From positions 71,173 through 135,172 of the forward strand of contig JADJCR010000001.1 in NCBI GenBank assembly GCA_016703125.1: a stretch of DNA of 64,000 nucleotides. The letters are read 5' to 3'. The stretch is from Micrococcales bacterium (lineage in GTDB: Bacteria > Actinomycetota > Actinomycetes > S36-B12 > UBA10799). The position numbers and the translations under genes are program-made. This document shows positions 1 through 9,212 of this stretch, one piece after another (the stretch's first letter is position 1; every line of letters begins with the position of its first letter). The notes under the pieces are model-generated. The model saw nothing but the letters and a program-made list of their open reading frames with translations, made no database searches and was not told the origin of the DNA.

Positions 1-1725
1 GGAGGTCCCGGTGGAGTAGCTGAGCATGGCCACGTAGGGGTCGATACCGAAGGCGGCGGCCGTCTGAGCCGACGAGATGGCGATGTCTGCCAACTGCTCC
101 GGGTTGGGATCGGGGTTCACCGCGCAGTCACCGTAGACGAGCACCCGGTCGGCCAGGCACATGAAGAACACGCTGGAGACCACGGAGACCCCGGGCGTTG
201 TCCGGATCAGTTGCAGGGCCGGGCGCACGGTGTCGGCGGTCGTGTGGGCGGCGCCACTGACCATGCCGTCTGCCAGCCCAGCCTTCACCAGCAGGGTGCC
301 GAAGATGGTCACGTCGGTGACGGCGTCGTGGGCGATGTCCATGCTCATGCCCTTGCGCTCGCGCAAGTTGCACAGCAGGCGCGCCATGTCGTCGCGCAAT
401 TCCGATCGCTCCGGGTGAATGAGGGTGGCAGCCGAGATGTCCAGACCCATCGAACGGGCCCGGTCGCGGATCCCTTCGGGGGAGCCCAGGATCGTCAGGT
501 CACAGACCGACCGGCGCAGGAGCTGGTCGGCGGCGCGCAGAATCCGGTCGTCGTCGCCTTCAGGCAGCACGATGCGCTGGCGCTTCTGCCGGGCGGCGCG
601 GGCCAGGCGGTGCTCGAACATCAGCGGCGTGGTCACCGGGGTGTCGGCCAGTTCGATCCGCTCCATGAGACCGGAGGTGTCCACAGCAGCCTCGAACAGA
701 CCCAGCGCAGCTGCGATCCGGCGGTCGTCGCCGAACCGGATCTGAGGGGTGAGCGTGGCGATGCGGTGCGCGGTCTCGTAGGTGTCGGTGGCGCTCAGCA
801 GCAGGGGAGTGACGGCCGATTCCAGGCCGCGTGCGAAGGACAGGATGCGCGGATTCGGTTCGACGCCGCCAGTGACGACGACGCCGCTGACACTGGGCAC
901 TCGGTCGCTGAAACGAGCGGTCACTGCCGCGAGCAGTACGTTCGAGCGGTCCCCCGGGGTCACCAGCAGCACGCCGTCCTGCAAGCGGTCGAACAGGTTA
1001 GGCAGGGTCATTGCCGCCACCCGGACCCCGGTGACCTCGCGGTCCAGCGACTCCTGGGTGCCCAGCAGCAGGTGTGCCTGCAGTTCGGCGCTGATCTGGT
1101 GCAGGGACGGCAACTGCAGGCTGCGTTCCTCGGGGATGATCCAGACCGGTTCCGGTAGGTCCGTCACCGACTCGGTGATCGTCTCGAGGTGCTCGCGCTC
1201 GATGCGGTTCACCGCGATGCCCAGCAGGTTCGCCTCGTGGTTGCGCAGCGACTCGCGCGCCGCGTGCACCGCCCCGCGCACCTGATCCGGGCGGTGGTGG
1301 TGTGCGCTGACGACCATGAGCACCGGCGCCGCCAGGTTCAGCGCCATCGTGACGTTGAGTTCGAACTCGAACGCCGCGCTGGCCCCCGTGTAGTCAGTGC
1401 CCTCGACGAGGACCACATCGCATTCGGCCGCCAGCCCCTCGAACTGCCCCATGATCTCGGAGATCAGTCCGTCGGCGTCCTGGACCGTACCGACCCCCCG
1501 GGTCTGATCGGTGGTGATGCCGTAGGACTGCTCGTACGTCTGCGCGAGACCGTAGCGGCGGCGGATGAGTTCGATCGTGGCGTCATCATTGCCCTCGCTG
1601 GCGATCACCGGGCGGAAGTACCCGACTCGCGAGGTGTGCCGGCTGAAGGCCTCCATCAGGCCCAGCGAGATCATCGACTTCCCGCTGGCGGCTTCCATGG
1701 ACGTCACATAAACGGCTCTGGCCAC
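1..1725 (-). CDS. pta: Phosphate acetyltransferase, long form with N-terminal DRTGG/P-loop-like domain. The 3' end runs off the window.
   Basis: I translated the minus strand by hand from the GTG at 1725. It reads VARAVYVTSMEAASGKSMISLGL...PVTTPLMFEHRL...RIVLPEGDDDRILRAA...GMVSGAAHTTADTVRPALQLI...GDCAVNPDPNPEQLADIAI with no stop before position 1. The ORF is missing from the track because it has no stop in the window. Confidence 0.85.
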   Translation of the reverse strand, partial: MARAVYVTSMEAASGKSMISLGLMEAFSRHTSRVGYFRPVIASEGNDDATIELIRRRYGLAQTYEQSYGITTDQTRGVGTVQDADGLISEIMGQFEGLAAECDVVLVEGTDYTGASAAFEFELNVTMALNLAAPVLMVVSAHHHRPDQVRGAVHAARESLRNHEANLLGIAVNRIEREHLETITESVTDLPEPVWIIPEERSLQLPSLHQISAELQAHLLLGTQESLDREVTGVRVAAMTLPNLFDRLQDGVLLVTPGDRSNVLLAAVTARFSDRVPSVSGVVVTGGVEPNPRILSFARGLESAVTPLLLSATDTYETAHRIATLTPQIRFGDDRRIAAALGLFEAAVDTSGLMERIELADTPVTTPLMFEHRLARAARQKRQRIVLPEGDDDRILRAADQLLRRSVCDLTILGSPEGIRDRARSMGLDISAATLIHPERSELRDDMARLLCNLRERKGMSMDIAHDAVTDVTIFGTLLVKAGLADGMVSGAAHTTADTVRPALQLIRTTPGVSVVSSVFFMCLADRVLVYGDCAVNPDPNPEQLADIAISSAQTAAAFGIDPYVAMLSYSTGTS

Positions 1726-1772
1726 GGCAACGAGCCTAGGTGGGGCCACTGCGGCGTTGCAGTCCGACTCCG

Positions 1773-2252
1773 TCAGCCCACCCGCGCGGCCGCCGCTGAG
1801 ACCGCGGCGGCCAGGGTCTCGCGTGCGATCTGGAGTTGATCGGTCAGGCGCACGGCCATATCGCCGTAGTTCGCGATGGCGGTGAGGGTCTGGCCACTGA
1901 TGGACTCCGGAGCCCGGTCGGCGGGCTCGAGGATCCGCAGGATGAGCACCTCGGCGTCCGCATCCTCGCTGCCGTTACCTAGGCGCAGTGTCTCCCGGAC
2001 CACGCGGGCCGCAGCGTCCTCGTCCTGAGTCACCGCCAGTGCCAACAGGGCCACGGCGTTGGCGAAGCCCACGGCGGTGTTGAGCACCTGCGACGGGTCA
2101 AGGGGCTCCGCGAGGACATCGCGCAGGGCACTGGTGACAGGGTTGGCACTCTCCTGCGCCACGTAGGACCCGACCACGCTGCCGACCTCGCGGTACACCG
2201 CCGCGTCGAGTCGGTCCTGCGTCGGTATGGCGACGACTTCGAAGTTGCCCAC
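1773..2252 (-). CDS. Hypothetical protein (159 aa)
   Basis: Track ORF on the same strand, directly upstream of pta. Composition looks protein-like (Ala/Leu/Val/Asp-rich, no low-complexity Arg/Pro junk). No motif recognised. Confidence 0.45.
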   Translation of the reverse strand: MGNFEVVAIPTQDRLDAAVYREVGSVVGSYVAQESANPVTSALRDVLAEPLDPSQVLNTAVGFANAVALLALAVTQDEDAAARVVRETLRLGNGSEDADAEVLILRILEPADRAPESISGQTLTAIANYGDMAVRLTDQLQIARETLAAAVSAAAARVG

Positions 2253-2267
2253 GCGCAGAAGCCTAGG

Positions 2268-2615
2268 TCAACCGGCCTGGACGGGTGCCGACCACACCAA
2301 CTGGTCGTTGCTGAAGGCGCACACGAGGAAGACCTCACCGCGGGGGAAGCCGGTGAGTTGAACCGGTGTGCGGGAACCCATGGGATCCAGGGCCATCCGG
2401 TGCTGGACGTGCCCCCGCTGGTCCAGCACCATCAGCCGCAGTTCTCCTTCGCAGTGGGGTGCGGTCACCGAGAATCGAAGCCGCCCGGACGCCCTGGCGA
2501 TGTCCGAGAGGTAGACGCGATGATCGATACGCATGCTCCTGTGACGTCGGTGCGGTGGCGGTTGGTTCCCCGGCGCGACGGTGACGAATCCGCAGGTCCA
2601 CCTGTCGGGATCCAC
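2268..2615 (-). CDS. Hypothetical small protein. The start is uncertain, with an alternative ATG at 2534.
   Basis: Track ORF. The part from MRIDHRVYLSDIARASGRLRFSV onward looks protein-like, while the first 27 codons are Arg/Pro-rich and may not be translated. Confidence 0.35.
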   Translation of the reverse strand: MDPDRWTCGFVTVAPGNQPPPHRRHRSMRIDHRVYLSDIARASGRLRFSVTAPHCEGELRLMVLDQRGHVQHRMALDPMGSRTPVQLTGFPRGEVFLVCAFSNDQLVWSAPVQAG

Positions 2616-2662
2616 CGGCGCATGGCAGTCTGACCTTAAGTAGGCGGCGAGGAAGGTGTCAC

Positions 2663-3295
2663 ATGCGTCGGTTGTTGGCAGTCGGTCTGGCGGTGGGTTC
2701 GGTGGCCGCTGGAGTCGTGTGGAATCGGCGGCGCGAGAACGGCCGGCGCGAAGAGTGGGTGCGCAGGGCCGGTTCCTACGCCGACGAGTTCGCCGAGGGT
2801 GTGACCCGGACCGCGGCCACTGCGGCTGTGACTGTCGCGGACGCCGCGGAGAAGGCCGCCGAAGGCGTGTCCAGCGTCGCTGACGCCACCGCAGGGGCTG
2901 CCGCCCACGCCGGCGTCACCGCTGAGGCCGCTGCGCGCAAGGCCACCGAGGTCATCGACAAGGCGGCCCAGACCACCGCTGATGCCGCCGCCGAGATGGC
3001 CGAGAAGGCGGAGAAAGCTGCGGAGAAGGCCGAGCGTGTGGTCGACAAGGCTGCGCTGTCCACATCGGAGGTCGCGTTCGAGGCCGCCGACGTGGTGCAG
3101 GACGCCGCCGAGGAGGCGGCCTCGGAGATCGAGGCACAGGAGACCGTGCCCGAGGGAGCCCCGGCCGCCGCGAAGCCGGTCCCGAAGCCGAAGAGCGGTG
3201 CCCCGAAGAGCACTGCGGCGAAGGGGACCAAGCGCACCGGCAAGGCGCCCCCGAAGGCGGCTGCCAAGTCGTCCGACGACCAGTCAGTGGCCTGA
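2663..3295 (+). CDS. Membrane-anchored Ala/Glu-rich protein with a Lys/Pro/Ala-rich C-terminal tail
   Basis: Track ORF. It has an N-terminal hydrophobic segment (MRRLLAVGLAVGSVAAGVVW), a long helical Ala/Glu/Lys repeat-like region, and a basic tail (AAKPVPKPKSGAPKSTAAKGTKRTGKAPPKAAAK). Confidence 0.55.
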   Translation: MRRLLAVGLAVGSVAAGVVWNRRRENGRREEWVRRAGSYADEFAEGVTRTAATAAVTVADAAEKAAEGVSSVADATAGAAAHAGVTAEAAARKATEVIDKAAQTTADAAAEMAEKAEKAAEKAERVVDKAALSTSEVAFEAADVVQDAAEEAASEIEAQETVPEGAPAAAKPVPKPKSGAPKSTAAKGTKRTGKAPPKAAAKSSDDQSVA

Positions 3296-3874
3296 TCCAT
3301 TCGATCGCGGTCGTCGGCCCGGAGTCCTCGGGCAAGACGACGCTGGTGCAGTTCCTGGCCGATTGGTTGCACACTGCCGGGGTGCCACGCGAAGTCGTGC
3401 CCGAGCAGGGCCGGCTGTTGGCCGAGCGGCTGCCAGCAGGTCACCGGTGGACCTACCGCGAGCAGCGGGCGACCTCCCTACTGCACCAGGCCGCTGTACT
3501 GGCCGCGCAGACCGTCGTTGCTGCCAGACATCCCGAAGGTGTTGTCCTCGCCGACGGGTCCTGTGCGACACCGCTGGTCTGGCACATGGGTGCGGTACGC
3601 CGCCGCCCGGGATACGACGCCGGCCCTGCCGGAGTCACCGAGCAACTGCTCGCGGCGGTCGAGGAGGAGGACTACGACCTCGTGCTGCTGGTCGCCCCCG
3701 ACATCCCGTGGGAACCCGACGGGGTGCGCGACGACCCCGGCGGGCCGCGACGGGGCCTTCCAGGACTACCGGACGCTCCTGCCGCACGCCGTGATCCTGT
3801 CCGGTCCGGAGCGCCGCGAGGTCGCCCGCACCCATGTTTCTGCCCTGTTACGTTTGCGGCCGACCCGGCCGTGA
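3292..3874 (+). pseudogene. P-loop (NadR-like AAA) ATPase, frameshifted near 3733-3745, with no canonical start codon ahead of its Walker A motif
   Basis: The Walker A motif VVGPESSGKTTL is encoded at 3310-3345, upstream of the first in-frame ATG/GTG at 3346. The frame-1 product degenerates after ...PDIPWEPDGVRDDP. The sensible C-terminus (GRDGAFQDYRTLLPHAVILSGPERREVARTHVSALL) continues in the +1 frame, which is the tail of track ORF 3518..3874. Confidence 0.6.
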
Positions 3875-3941
3875 CGGCCGATCCGGGTGCAACGATGGGG
3901 CTGTGCCAGGCATCGACTCCACCCTCCCCGCCTTCCAGGAG

Positions 3942-5486
3942 ATGGATGGCGAGATGGCAGACGCCGACGCGGTCGGCGCGCTGACCACGGTCCTCGCCGG
4001 GCTGGGTCAGGAGGGTCTGGCCGACCGGGCGCGACTCATCGACGCGTACTTCAACCGGCAGGGGATCACGTTCAGCCTCGCCGGCCGGGAGCGCCCGCTG
4101 CCTCTGGACCTGGTGCCGCGGTTGCTCAGTGCAGCGGAGTGGCGGGTCATCGAACAGGGCGTGATCCAGCGGATCCGCGCCTTGGAGATGTTCCTCGCCG
4201 ATCTCTACGGTGCGCGCAGCGTGCTCGACGACGGCATCGTGCCACGGCGACTGGTCGCGAGTTCCAGCCATTTCCATCGCGCAGCCTGGGGAATCGAGCC
4301 GCCCAACGGGGTCCGGATCCACGTGGCGGGGATCGACCTGATCCGAGACGAAGACGGGGTCTTCGCGGTCCTGGAGGACAACCTGCGCTCCCCGTCCGGG
4401 GTGTCGTACGTCCTGGAGAACCGGCGTGCCCTGGCCCACGTGCTGCCCGAAGTGTTCAGCGACCAGCGGGTGCGACCGGTCGCGGAGTACCCCGAGCGCC
4501 TGCTGGACGCACTGCTGGCGGCGGCCCCCGCCGGGGTCGCGGATCCGCAGGTTGCGGTGCTGACCCCGGGCGTACACAACGCGGCCCACTTCGAGCACGC
4601 GTTCCTCGCTCGCCGGATGGGCGTCGAACTCGTCGAGGGCCGCGACCTCTACTGCCGTGACGATCAGGTCTGGATGCGCACCGTGCGTGGCCCGAAGCCT
4701 GTCCACGTGCTGTACCGCCGCATCGATGACGACTTCCTGGACCCCGTCCACTTCCGGCCGGACTCCGTGCTCGGCGTGCCCGGCCTGCTGAATGCTGCGC
4801 GTGCCGGCCGGGTCACGGTGGCCAACGCGGTGGGCAACGGTGTGGCCGACGACAAGGCCATCTACCCCTACGTCCCGGCGCTGATCGAGTACTACCTGGG
4901 GGAGCGACCGATCCTGCCGAACATCGACACCTTCGACCTGCAGGACCACGACCAGCGGGCATTCGTCCTCGACCGCCTCGACCGCATGGTGCTCAAGCCC
5001 GTCGACGGGTCCGGCGGATACGGCCTGGTCGTCGGGGACCGCGCCAGCGACGAAGAACTCAGTGCACTGGCCGACCGGATCCGCACGGACCCGCGCGGCT
5101 GGATCGCCCAGCGGATCGTGCGGCTGTCCACCTGTCCGACGCTGGTCGACGGTGGTGAACTCGCCCCCCGCCACGTCGACCTGCGGCCGTTCGCGGTCAA
5201 CGACGGCGAGAACATCTACGTGCTGCCAGGCGGCCTGACCCGGGTGGCCCTTCCCGAGGGATCCTTGGTCGTGAACAGCAGCCAGGGGGGCGGCTCCAAG
5301 GACACGTGGGTCCTGGCAGACCGGGAGTCCACCGTCGCCTATCTGCCACCGGACCGGCCGACGCCCCGCCTCACCCGGGTCCTGGCCGCCGTCCCCGCCC
5401 GGGTCCACTCGCCGACCACGCACGACGAGCGCATGCGCCAGCAGGAGAACCAGCAGCAGCAAGCGGGAGGTGCGCCGCCATGCTGA
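3942..5486 (+). CDS. Circularly permuted type-2 ATP-grasp protein
   Basis: Track ORF 3834..5486. Family-typical motifs are ...IHVAGIDLIRDEDGVFAVLEDNLRSPSGVSYVLENR... and ...GLLNAARAGRVTVANAVGNGVADDKAIYPYVP.... I placed the start at ATG 3942, after the end of the upstream gene, so it is approximate. Confidence 0.85.
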   Translation: MDGEMADADAVGALTTVLAGLGQEGLADRARLIDAYFNRQGITFSLAGRERPLPLDLVPRLLSAAEWRVIEQGVIQRIRALEMFLADLYGARSVLDDGIVPRRLVASSSHFHRAAWGIEPPNGVRIHVAGIDLIRDEDGVFAVLEDNLRSPSGVSYVLENRRALAHVLPEVFSDQRVRPVAEYPERLLDALLAAAPAGVADPQVAVLTPGVHNAAHFEHAFLARRMGVELVEGRDLYCRDDQVWMRTVRGPKPVHVLYRRIDDDFLDPVHFRPDSVLGVPGLLNAARAGRVTVANAVGNGVADDKAIYPYVPALIEYYLGERPILPNIDTFDLQDHDQRAFVLDRLDRMVLKPVDGSGGYGLVVGDRASDEELSALADRIRTDPRGWIAQRIVRLSTCPTLVDGGELAPRHVDLRPFAVNDGENIYVLPGGLTRVALPEGSLVVNSSQGGGSKDTWVLADRESTVAYLPPDRPTPRLTRVLAAVPARVHSPTTHDERMRQQENQQQQAGGAPPC

Positions 5487-6385
5487 GCCGCATCGCCGAG
5501 TCGTACTTCTGGATCGGCCGCTACCTGGAACGGGCCGAGGCCACGTCGCGGCTGCTCGCCGAGCACCACCAACTCATGGTGGAGGAGCGCACAGTTCCGG
5601 AGGACCTGGCCGCTGCCGTGCTGCTCGACGCGTTGTCGCTGCCGCCGCAGTCCACAACGCACGCATCGGAACTGATCACTGCCGTGGTCGGTGACTCGGC
5701 GGACCCGGCGACCATCGCGGGCGCGATCACCCTGGCCCGGGAGAACGCCCGTGGTGTGCGGGAGCGGCTGCCGGCGGACGTGTTCGAGGGCCTGAACGCC
5801 GCCCACCTGGCGGGTATCCGGGGCCCGATCGTTGCCACCAGCCCGGCGTACGCCCTCTACCGGGTCGTGGAGCGACTGGCTGTGGTGGTGGGTCAGATCG
5901 ACTGGACCGTGCCCCGGGACGAGGGCTACCTGTTCCTGTCATTGGGGCGTTCCCTGGAGCGGCTGGACATGATGGCCCGGTTGCTCGCCGTCCGCCACGA
6001 CCAGCTCTGGCCCGAGGGGGGGCCGGTGGCGACGTTGCGGGCCGCGGCAGCGCTCAACGCCTTCCTGCGCACGCAGCACCCCATGACCGGTGACGAGGTC
6101 CGGCGCTACCTGCTCCTGGACGAGGCCCACCCCCGATCCATGCGCCTGAGCTCCCACACCGCGGAGGAGGCCGTACGGGGTCTGGCCGCCAGGGGAGCCA
6201 GCGACGGCGGTGACCTGCTGCGCGAAGTCGGACTGCTGCGCTCGCAACTGGAGTACGCGGTCAACCCGGCCCCCGATGAGGTGGATGCGCTTGTGGAACA
6301 CGTGCAGCAGGCCACCGCCCGCGCCTCGGACGTCGTCGGTACCGCCTTCTTCCGCCCAGTGGGCTCAGTCGTGTGGAGCAACTGA
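5480..6385 (+). CDS. Alpha-E domain-containing protein (DUF403-type)
   Basis: MLSRIAESYFWIGRYLERAEATSRLL is the canonical N-terminus of this family. ATG 5480 overlaps the ATP-grasp stop at 5484-5486. The N-terminal extension shown in the track (from 5306) is Arg/Pro junk. Confidence 0.85.
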   Translation: MLSRIAESYFWIGRYLERAEATSRLLAEHHQLMVEERTVPEDLAAAVLLDALSLPPQSTTHASELITAVVGDSADPATIAGAITLARENARGVRERLPADVFEGLNAAHLAGIRGPIVATSPAYALYRVVERLAVVVGQIDWTVPRDEGYLFLSLGRSLERLDMMARLLAVRHDQLWPEGGPVATLRAAAALNAFLRTQHPMTGDEVRRYLLLDEAHPRSMRLSSHTAEEAVRGLAARGASDGGDLLREVGLLRSQLEYAVNPAPDEVDALVEHVQQATARASDVVGTAFFRPVGSVVWSN

Positions 6386-7239
6386 TGGCAGGGCGTCGAT
6401 TGCGCATCCAGCACCGCACCGGATACCGGTACGGCTCACCTGTGGTCTCCTCCTTCAACGAGGTCCGGATGACGCCGCTGGACGACGACGGGCAGGTGCT
6501 CATCGCTCACGAACTGCGCGTCGAGCCGCGCGCCGCCGTGCTCGTCTACACGGACTACTGGGGCGCCCGCGTGGAGTCGTTCGACACCCACGAACCCCAC
6601 GACGTGCTGGAGGTGGTGGCGACCAGCACCGTGGACACCGCCAGCGGTCACCACCGGGCGCCCGGGGCGACGTGGGAGGAACTGGCCGGGGCCACGGTGC
6701 TGGACCGGTGGTGTGAGTACCTGCGCCCGAGTTCCTACGTCGACGACGCGAATGCCGACCCTGCCCGCGCGCATCTGGTGACGCGATTGCGCGAGCAGCC
6801 CACGCCGGCCGGGGCGGTCGACCTTTGCATCGAGATCGTGCGCGAACGCCTGGCGTACGCCGCCGGGGCGACGACGGTGTCGACGACCGCGGGCGAGGCG
6901 TGGGCGGCCGGGTCCGGCGTGTGCCAGGACTTCACCCACGCGATGCTTTCGCTGCTGAGGTCAGCGGGCATCCCCGCCCGCTACGTCTCGGGCTACCTGC
7001 ACACCGAGGAGGACGCACTGGGGGAGACGGTCCGCGGCGAGTCACATGCCTGGGTCGAGGTGTGGAACGGCGGCTGGGAGGGGCTGGACCCGACCAACGA
7101 CCGCACCGTCGGTGCTGCTCACGTTCTCGTCGCCCGAGGGCGGGACTACGCCGACGTCCCGCCTTTGAAAGGCATCTATGCCGGTGGCGCCAGCCACGCG
7201 CTCGGCGTGCAGGTCGACATCACGCAGTTGGAACGCTGA
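6373..7239 (+). CDS. Transglutaminase-family protein (N-terminal Bact_transglu_N-like region plus Cys-His-Asp core)
   Basis: Track ORF. RIQHRTGYRYGSPV sits at the N-terminus. The catalytic context is GVCQDFTHAMLSLLRSAGIPARYVSGYLH...SHAWVEVW...LDPTN. It overlaps the alpha-E gene by 13 nt. Confidence 0.85.
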   Translation: MEQLMAGRRLRIQHRTGYRYGSPVVSSFNEVRMTPLDDDGQVLIAHELRVEPRAAVLVYTDYWGARVESFDTHEPHDVLEVVATSTVDTASGHHRAPGATWEELAGATVLDRWCEYLRPSSYVDDANADPARAHLVTRLREQPTPAGAVDLCIEIVRERLAYAAGATTVSTTAGEAWAAGSGVCQDFTHAMLSLLRSAGIPARYVSGYLHTEEDALGETVRGESHAWVEVWNGGWEGLDPTNDRTVGAAHVLVARGRDYADVPPLKGIYAGGASHALGVQVDITQLER

Positions 7240-7275
7240 CCCCGCCCCATGAACGGGTTCGGTAGCCTGGCGGGC

Positions 7276-8151
7276 ATGCGTACTGCGGCCGTGCTCGCCG
7301 GCACCCTGCTCCTCGGTGCCGCACCGGCGGCTGCCGAGCCGGTAGGCACGACTGCCGCAGGCCAGCAGGCGGCCCAGGCATGCGAGAGCGGTCGGCAGGC
7401 ACTACTGGCCACCGGTGGATCGGTGTCGTCACCGTCCGGCCAGGACCTGTTCGCCCCGGGCCGGTTCACCACGACCGGGCGGGTGGTGATCGAGTCGGCA
7501 GGGACCTACGGCGCCATCGCCGATGAGCCGCTGCTGGCTCGCGAGCGCCGGGCGGCTCTGCGCTACCTCAAGCGACCGGCTGCCGCCTGGTGGCTTCGTG
7601 CTGGCGTCTTCGCCACCTCCGACCAGGGATGGGCCGCATCGTACGAACAGGCGCGCGCCGCGGCGGTGACGTTCGATGGAACGTGCGCCCAGGTACTGGC
7701 TGCGGCATCCGGCGTGCAGGCGGTGACCAACGGGTGGGTCTTCACGCTGCCTGACGGCACAGCGGTCTCCGCGACCGTGGATGACATGGGCCGGCTCACC
7801 TCGTTGGGCGACCTCACCGTGGATTACGAGGCGGTCACGGTTCCGACGCCGAGGGGCGCAGTCGGATACCTGAGGTGGCGCAGGGCGTCGGAAGCGGCGT
7901 CGCTGAACTCCACGATGCGAATGCTCACCCGGGAGGTGGCGTCACAGGTGAACGCGGGCCCCCCGACGATCGCGGCCATCGACGCGGCCATCCGGGCGGC
8001 GATACCGGTTGACCGGGCCGTTGCGCTGAAGGTGCGGCAGTTGCGTCGCGGCGTCCTCGTCCACGGCCGCAACCCGTTCACGGGCACCTATCACGCCTGG
8101 CGGGTCTACGTGAAGAAGGACACGGCGGTCGCCCGCCGCGTGGCTCCCTGA
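7276..8151 (+). CDS. Secreted hypothetical protein
   Basis: Track ORF 7249..8151. The internal ATG at 7276 gives a Sec-type signal peptide (MRTAAVLAGTLLLGAAPAAAEP). No catalytic motif recognised. Confidence 0.55.
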   Translation: MRTAAVLAGTLLLGAAPAAAEPVGTTAAGQQAAQACESGRQALLATGGSVSSPSGQDLFAPGRFTTTGRVVIESAGTYGAIADEPLLARERRAALRYLKRPAAAWWLRAGVFATSDQGWAASYEQARAAAVTFDGTCAQVLAAASGVQAVTNGWVFTLPDGTAVSATVDDMGRLTSLGDLTVDYEAVTVPTPRGAVGYLRWRRASEAASLNSTMRMLTREVASQVNAGPPTIAAIDAAIRAAIPVDRAVALKVRQLRRGVLVHGRNPFTGTYHAWRVYVKKDTAVARRVAP

Positions 8152-8174
8152 CTCCCGTACCGCACAATTGAGGG

Positions 8175-9158
8175 GTGGTTTCATCCCGTATTCCTGTCCT
8201 GCTGGCCACCGGCCTGACTCTGTTCGGCGCACCGGCGTTCGCCGACACCGTCCCGGACCCGGTCACCCCGGCACCAACCGTGACCCCCGCACCAACCCCC
8301 ACCCCGCCGCCGGACGTCCTGCCGTCGGGGGAGGCCACCGGCATGGCCCAGACGCTGAAGACGGTTGAGAAGGTCCGCGTGGACATCACCCCGGGCCCGG
8401 GACGCTTCGGGGTGGGCCAGCTGATCACCGCCCGTTTCTCGGCCCCTGTGCGGTTCCGCGCGGAGGCGGAAGCCGCGATGCAGGTCACCTCGCCCGATCC
8501 GCTCCCGCCGGGGGCGTGGGGGTGGATCGACAGTTCCACCGCGGTCTACCGGCCCAAGGAGTTCTGGCCCGGCAAGACGCGCATCGACGTCGAACTCGAC
8601 CTGCGGAAGGTCACGCTGAACTCGGATGCGGCCACGGTGTGGGTCGGTGGGAAGACGACGACCCGGGTGCAGTCGTGGCGGACAGCGCGGTCGTTCATCG
8701 CCCGGATCGACTCCGACAGCCACAAGATGAAGGTCTTCCGCAACGGCGAACTGGTGAAGGTCTTCGGGATCAGTCTCGGCAAGCCGGGGTTCCTCACCCG
8801 GTCCGGGGTCAAGATCATCACCGGGGAGAAGTACCGCTGGCAGCGGATGACCAGCGCGGAGTTGGGCCTGACCAACGAGTCCTACGACCTCAACGTCCCC
8901 TACGCCGTCCGCATCACCCCGTCCGGGGAGTTCGTGCACGGTGCGCCGTGGGCGGCGTCGCGGATCGGCGCGTGGAACGGCTCCCACGGCTGTACCAACC
9001 TCAACGTCGGACCGGCCAAATGGTTCTACAACCACGTGCGTGCCGGCGACGTCACGGTGACCGTCAACACCGGCCGGCCCATGGAGACGTGGAACGGTGC
9101 GCCCGGGTCGTACTGGAACTACACGTGGCAGCAGTGGAAGGCGAAGTCCGCCCTGTAG
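8175..9158 (+). CDS. L,D-transpeptidase (YkuD domain) with signal peptide
   Basis: Signal peptide MVSSRIPVLLATGLTLFGAPAFADT, a Pro/Thr-rich linker, and the YkuD active-site motif HGAPWAASRIGAWNGSHGCTNLNV. Confidence 0.85.
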   Translation: MVSSRIPVLLATGLTLFGAPAFADTVPDPVTPAPTVTPAPTPTPPPDVLPSGEATGMAQTLKTVEKVRVDITPGPGRFGVGQLITARFSAPVRFRAEAEAAMQVTSPDPLPPGAWGWIDSSTAVYRPKEFWPGKTRIDVELDLRKVTLNSDAATVWVGGKTTTRVQSWRTARSFIARIDSDSHKMKVFRNGELVKVFGISLGKPGFLTRSGVKIITGEKYRWQRMTSAELGLTNESYDLNVPYAVRITPSGEFVHGAPWAASRIGAWNGSHGCTNLNVGPAKWFYNHVRAGDVTVTVNTGRPMETWNGAPGSYWNYTWQQWKAKSAL

Positions 9159-9212
9159 GGGTGGTTGTGCTGTCCACGTCGTGATTCTGCCGGGCAGGTG
9201 ACCCCGGCGACA

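Noticed and set aside
3672-5462. 596-aa antisense ORF opposite the ATP-grasp gene. Similar long antisense ORFs lie at 18264..20054, 20557..22713, 24187..25374, 26152..27372, 29454..31730, 40448..42358, 46218..47933 and 57829..59958.
   Set aside because: These are typical high-GC shadow ORFs. They are Arg/Gly/Pro/His-rich with no motifs, and each lies opposite a gene with unambiguous family signatures.
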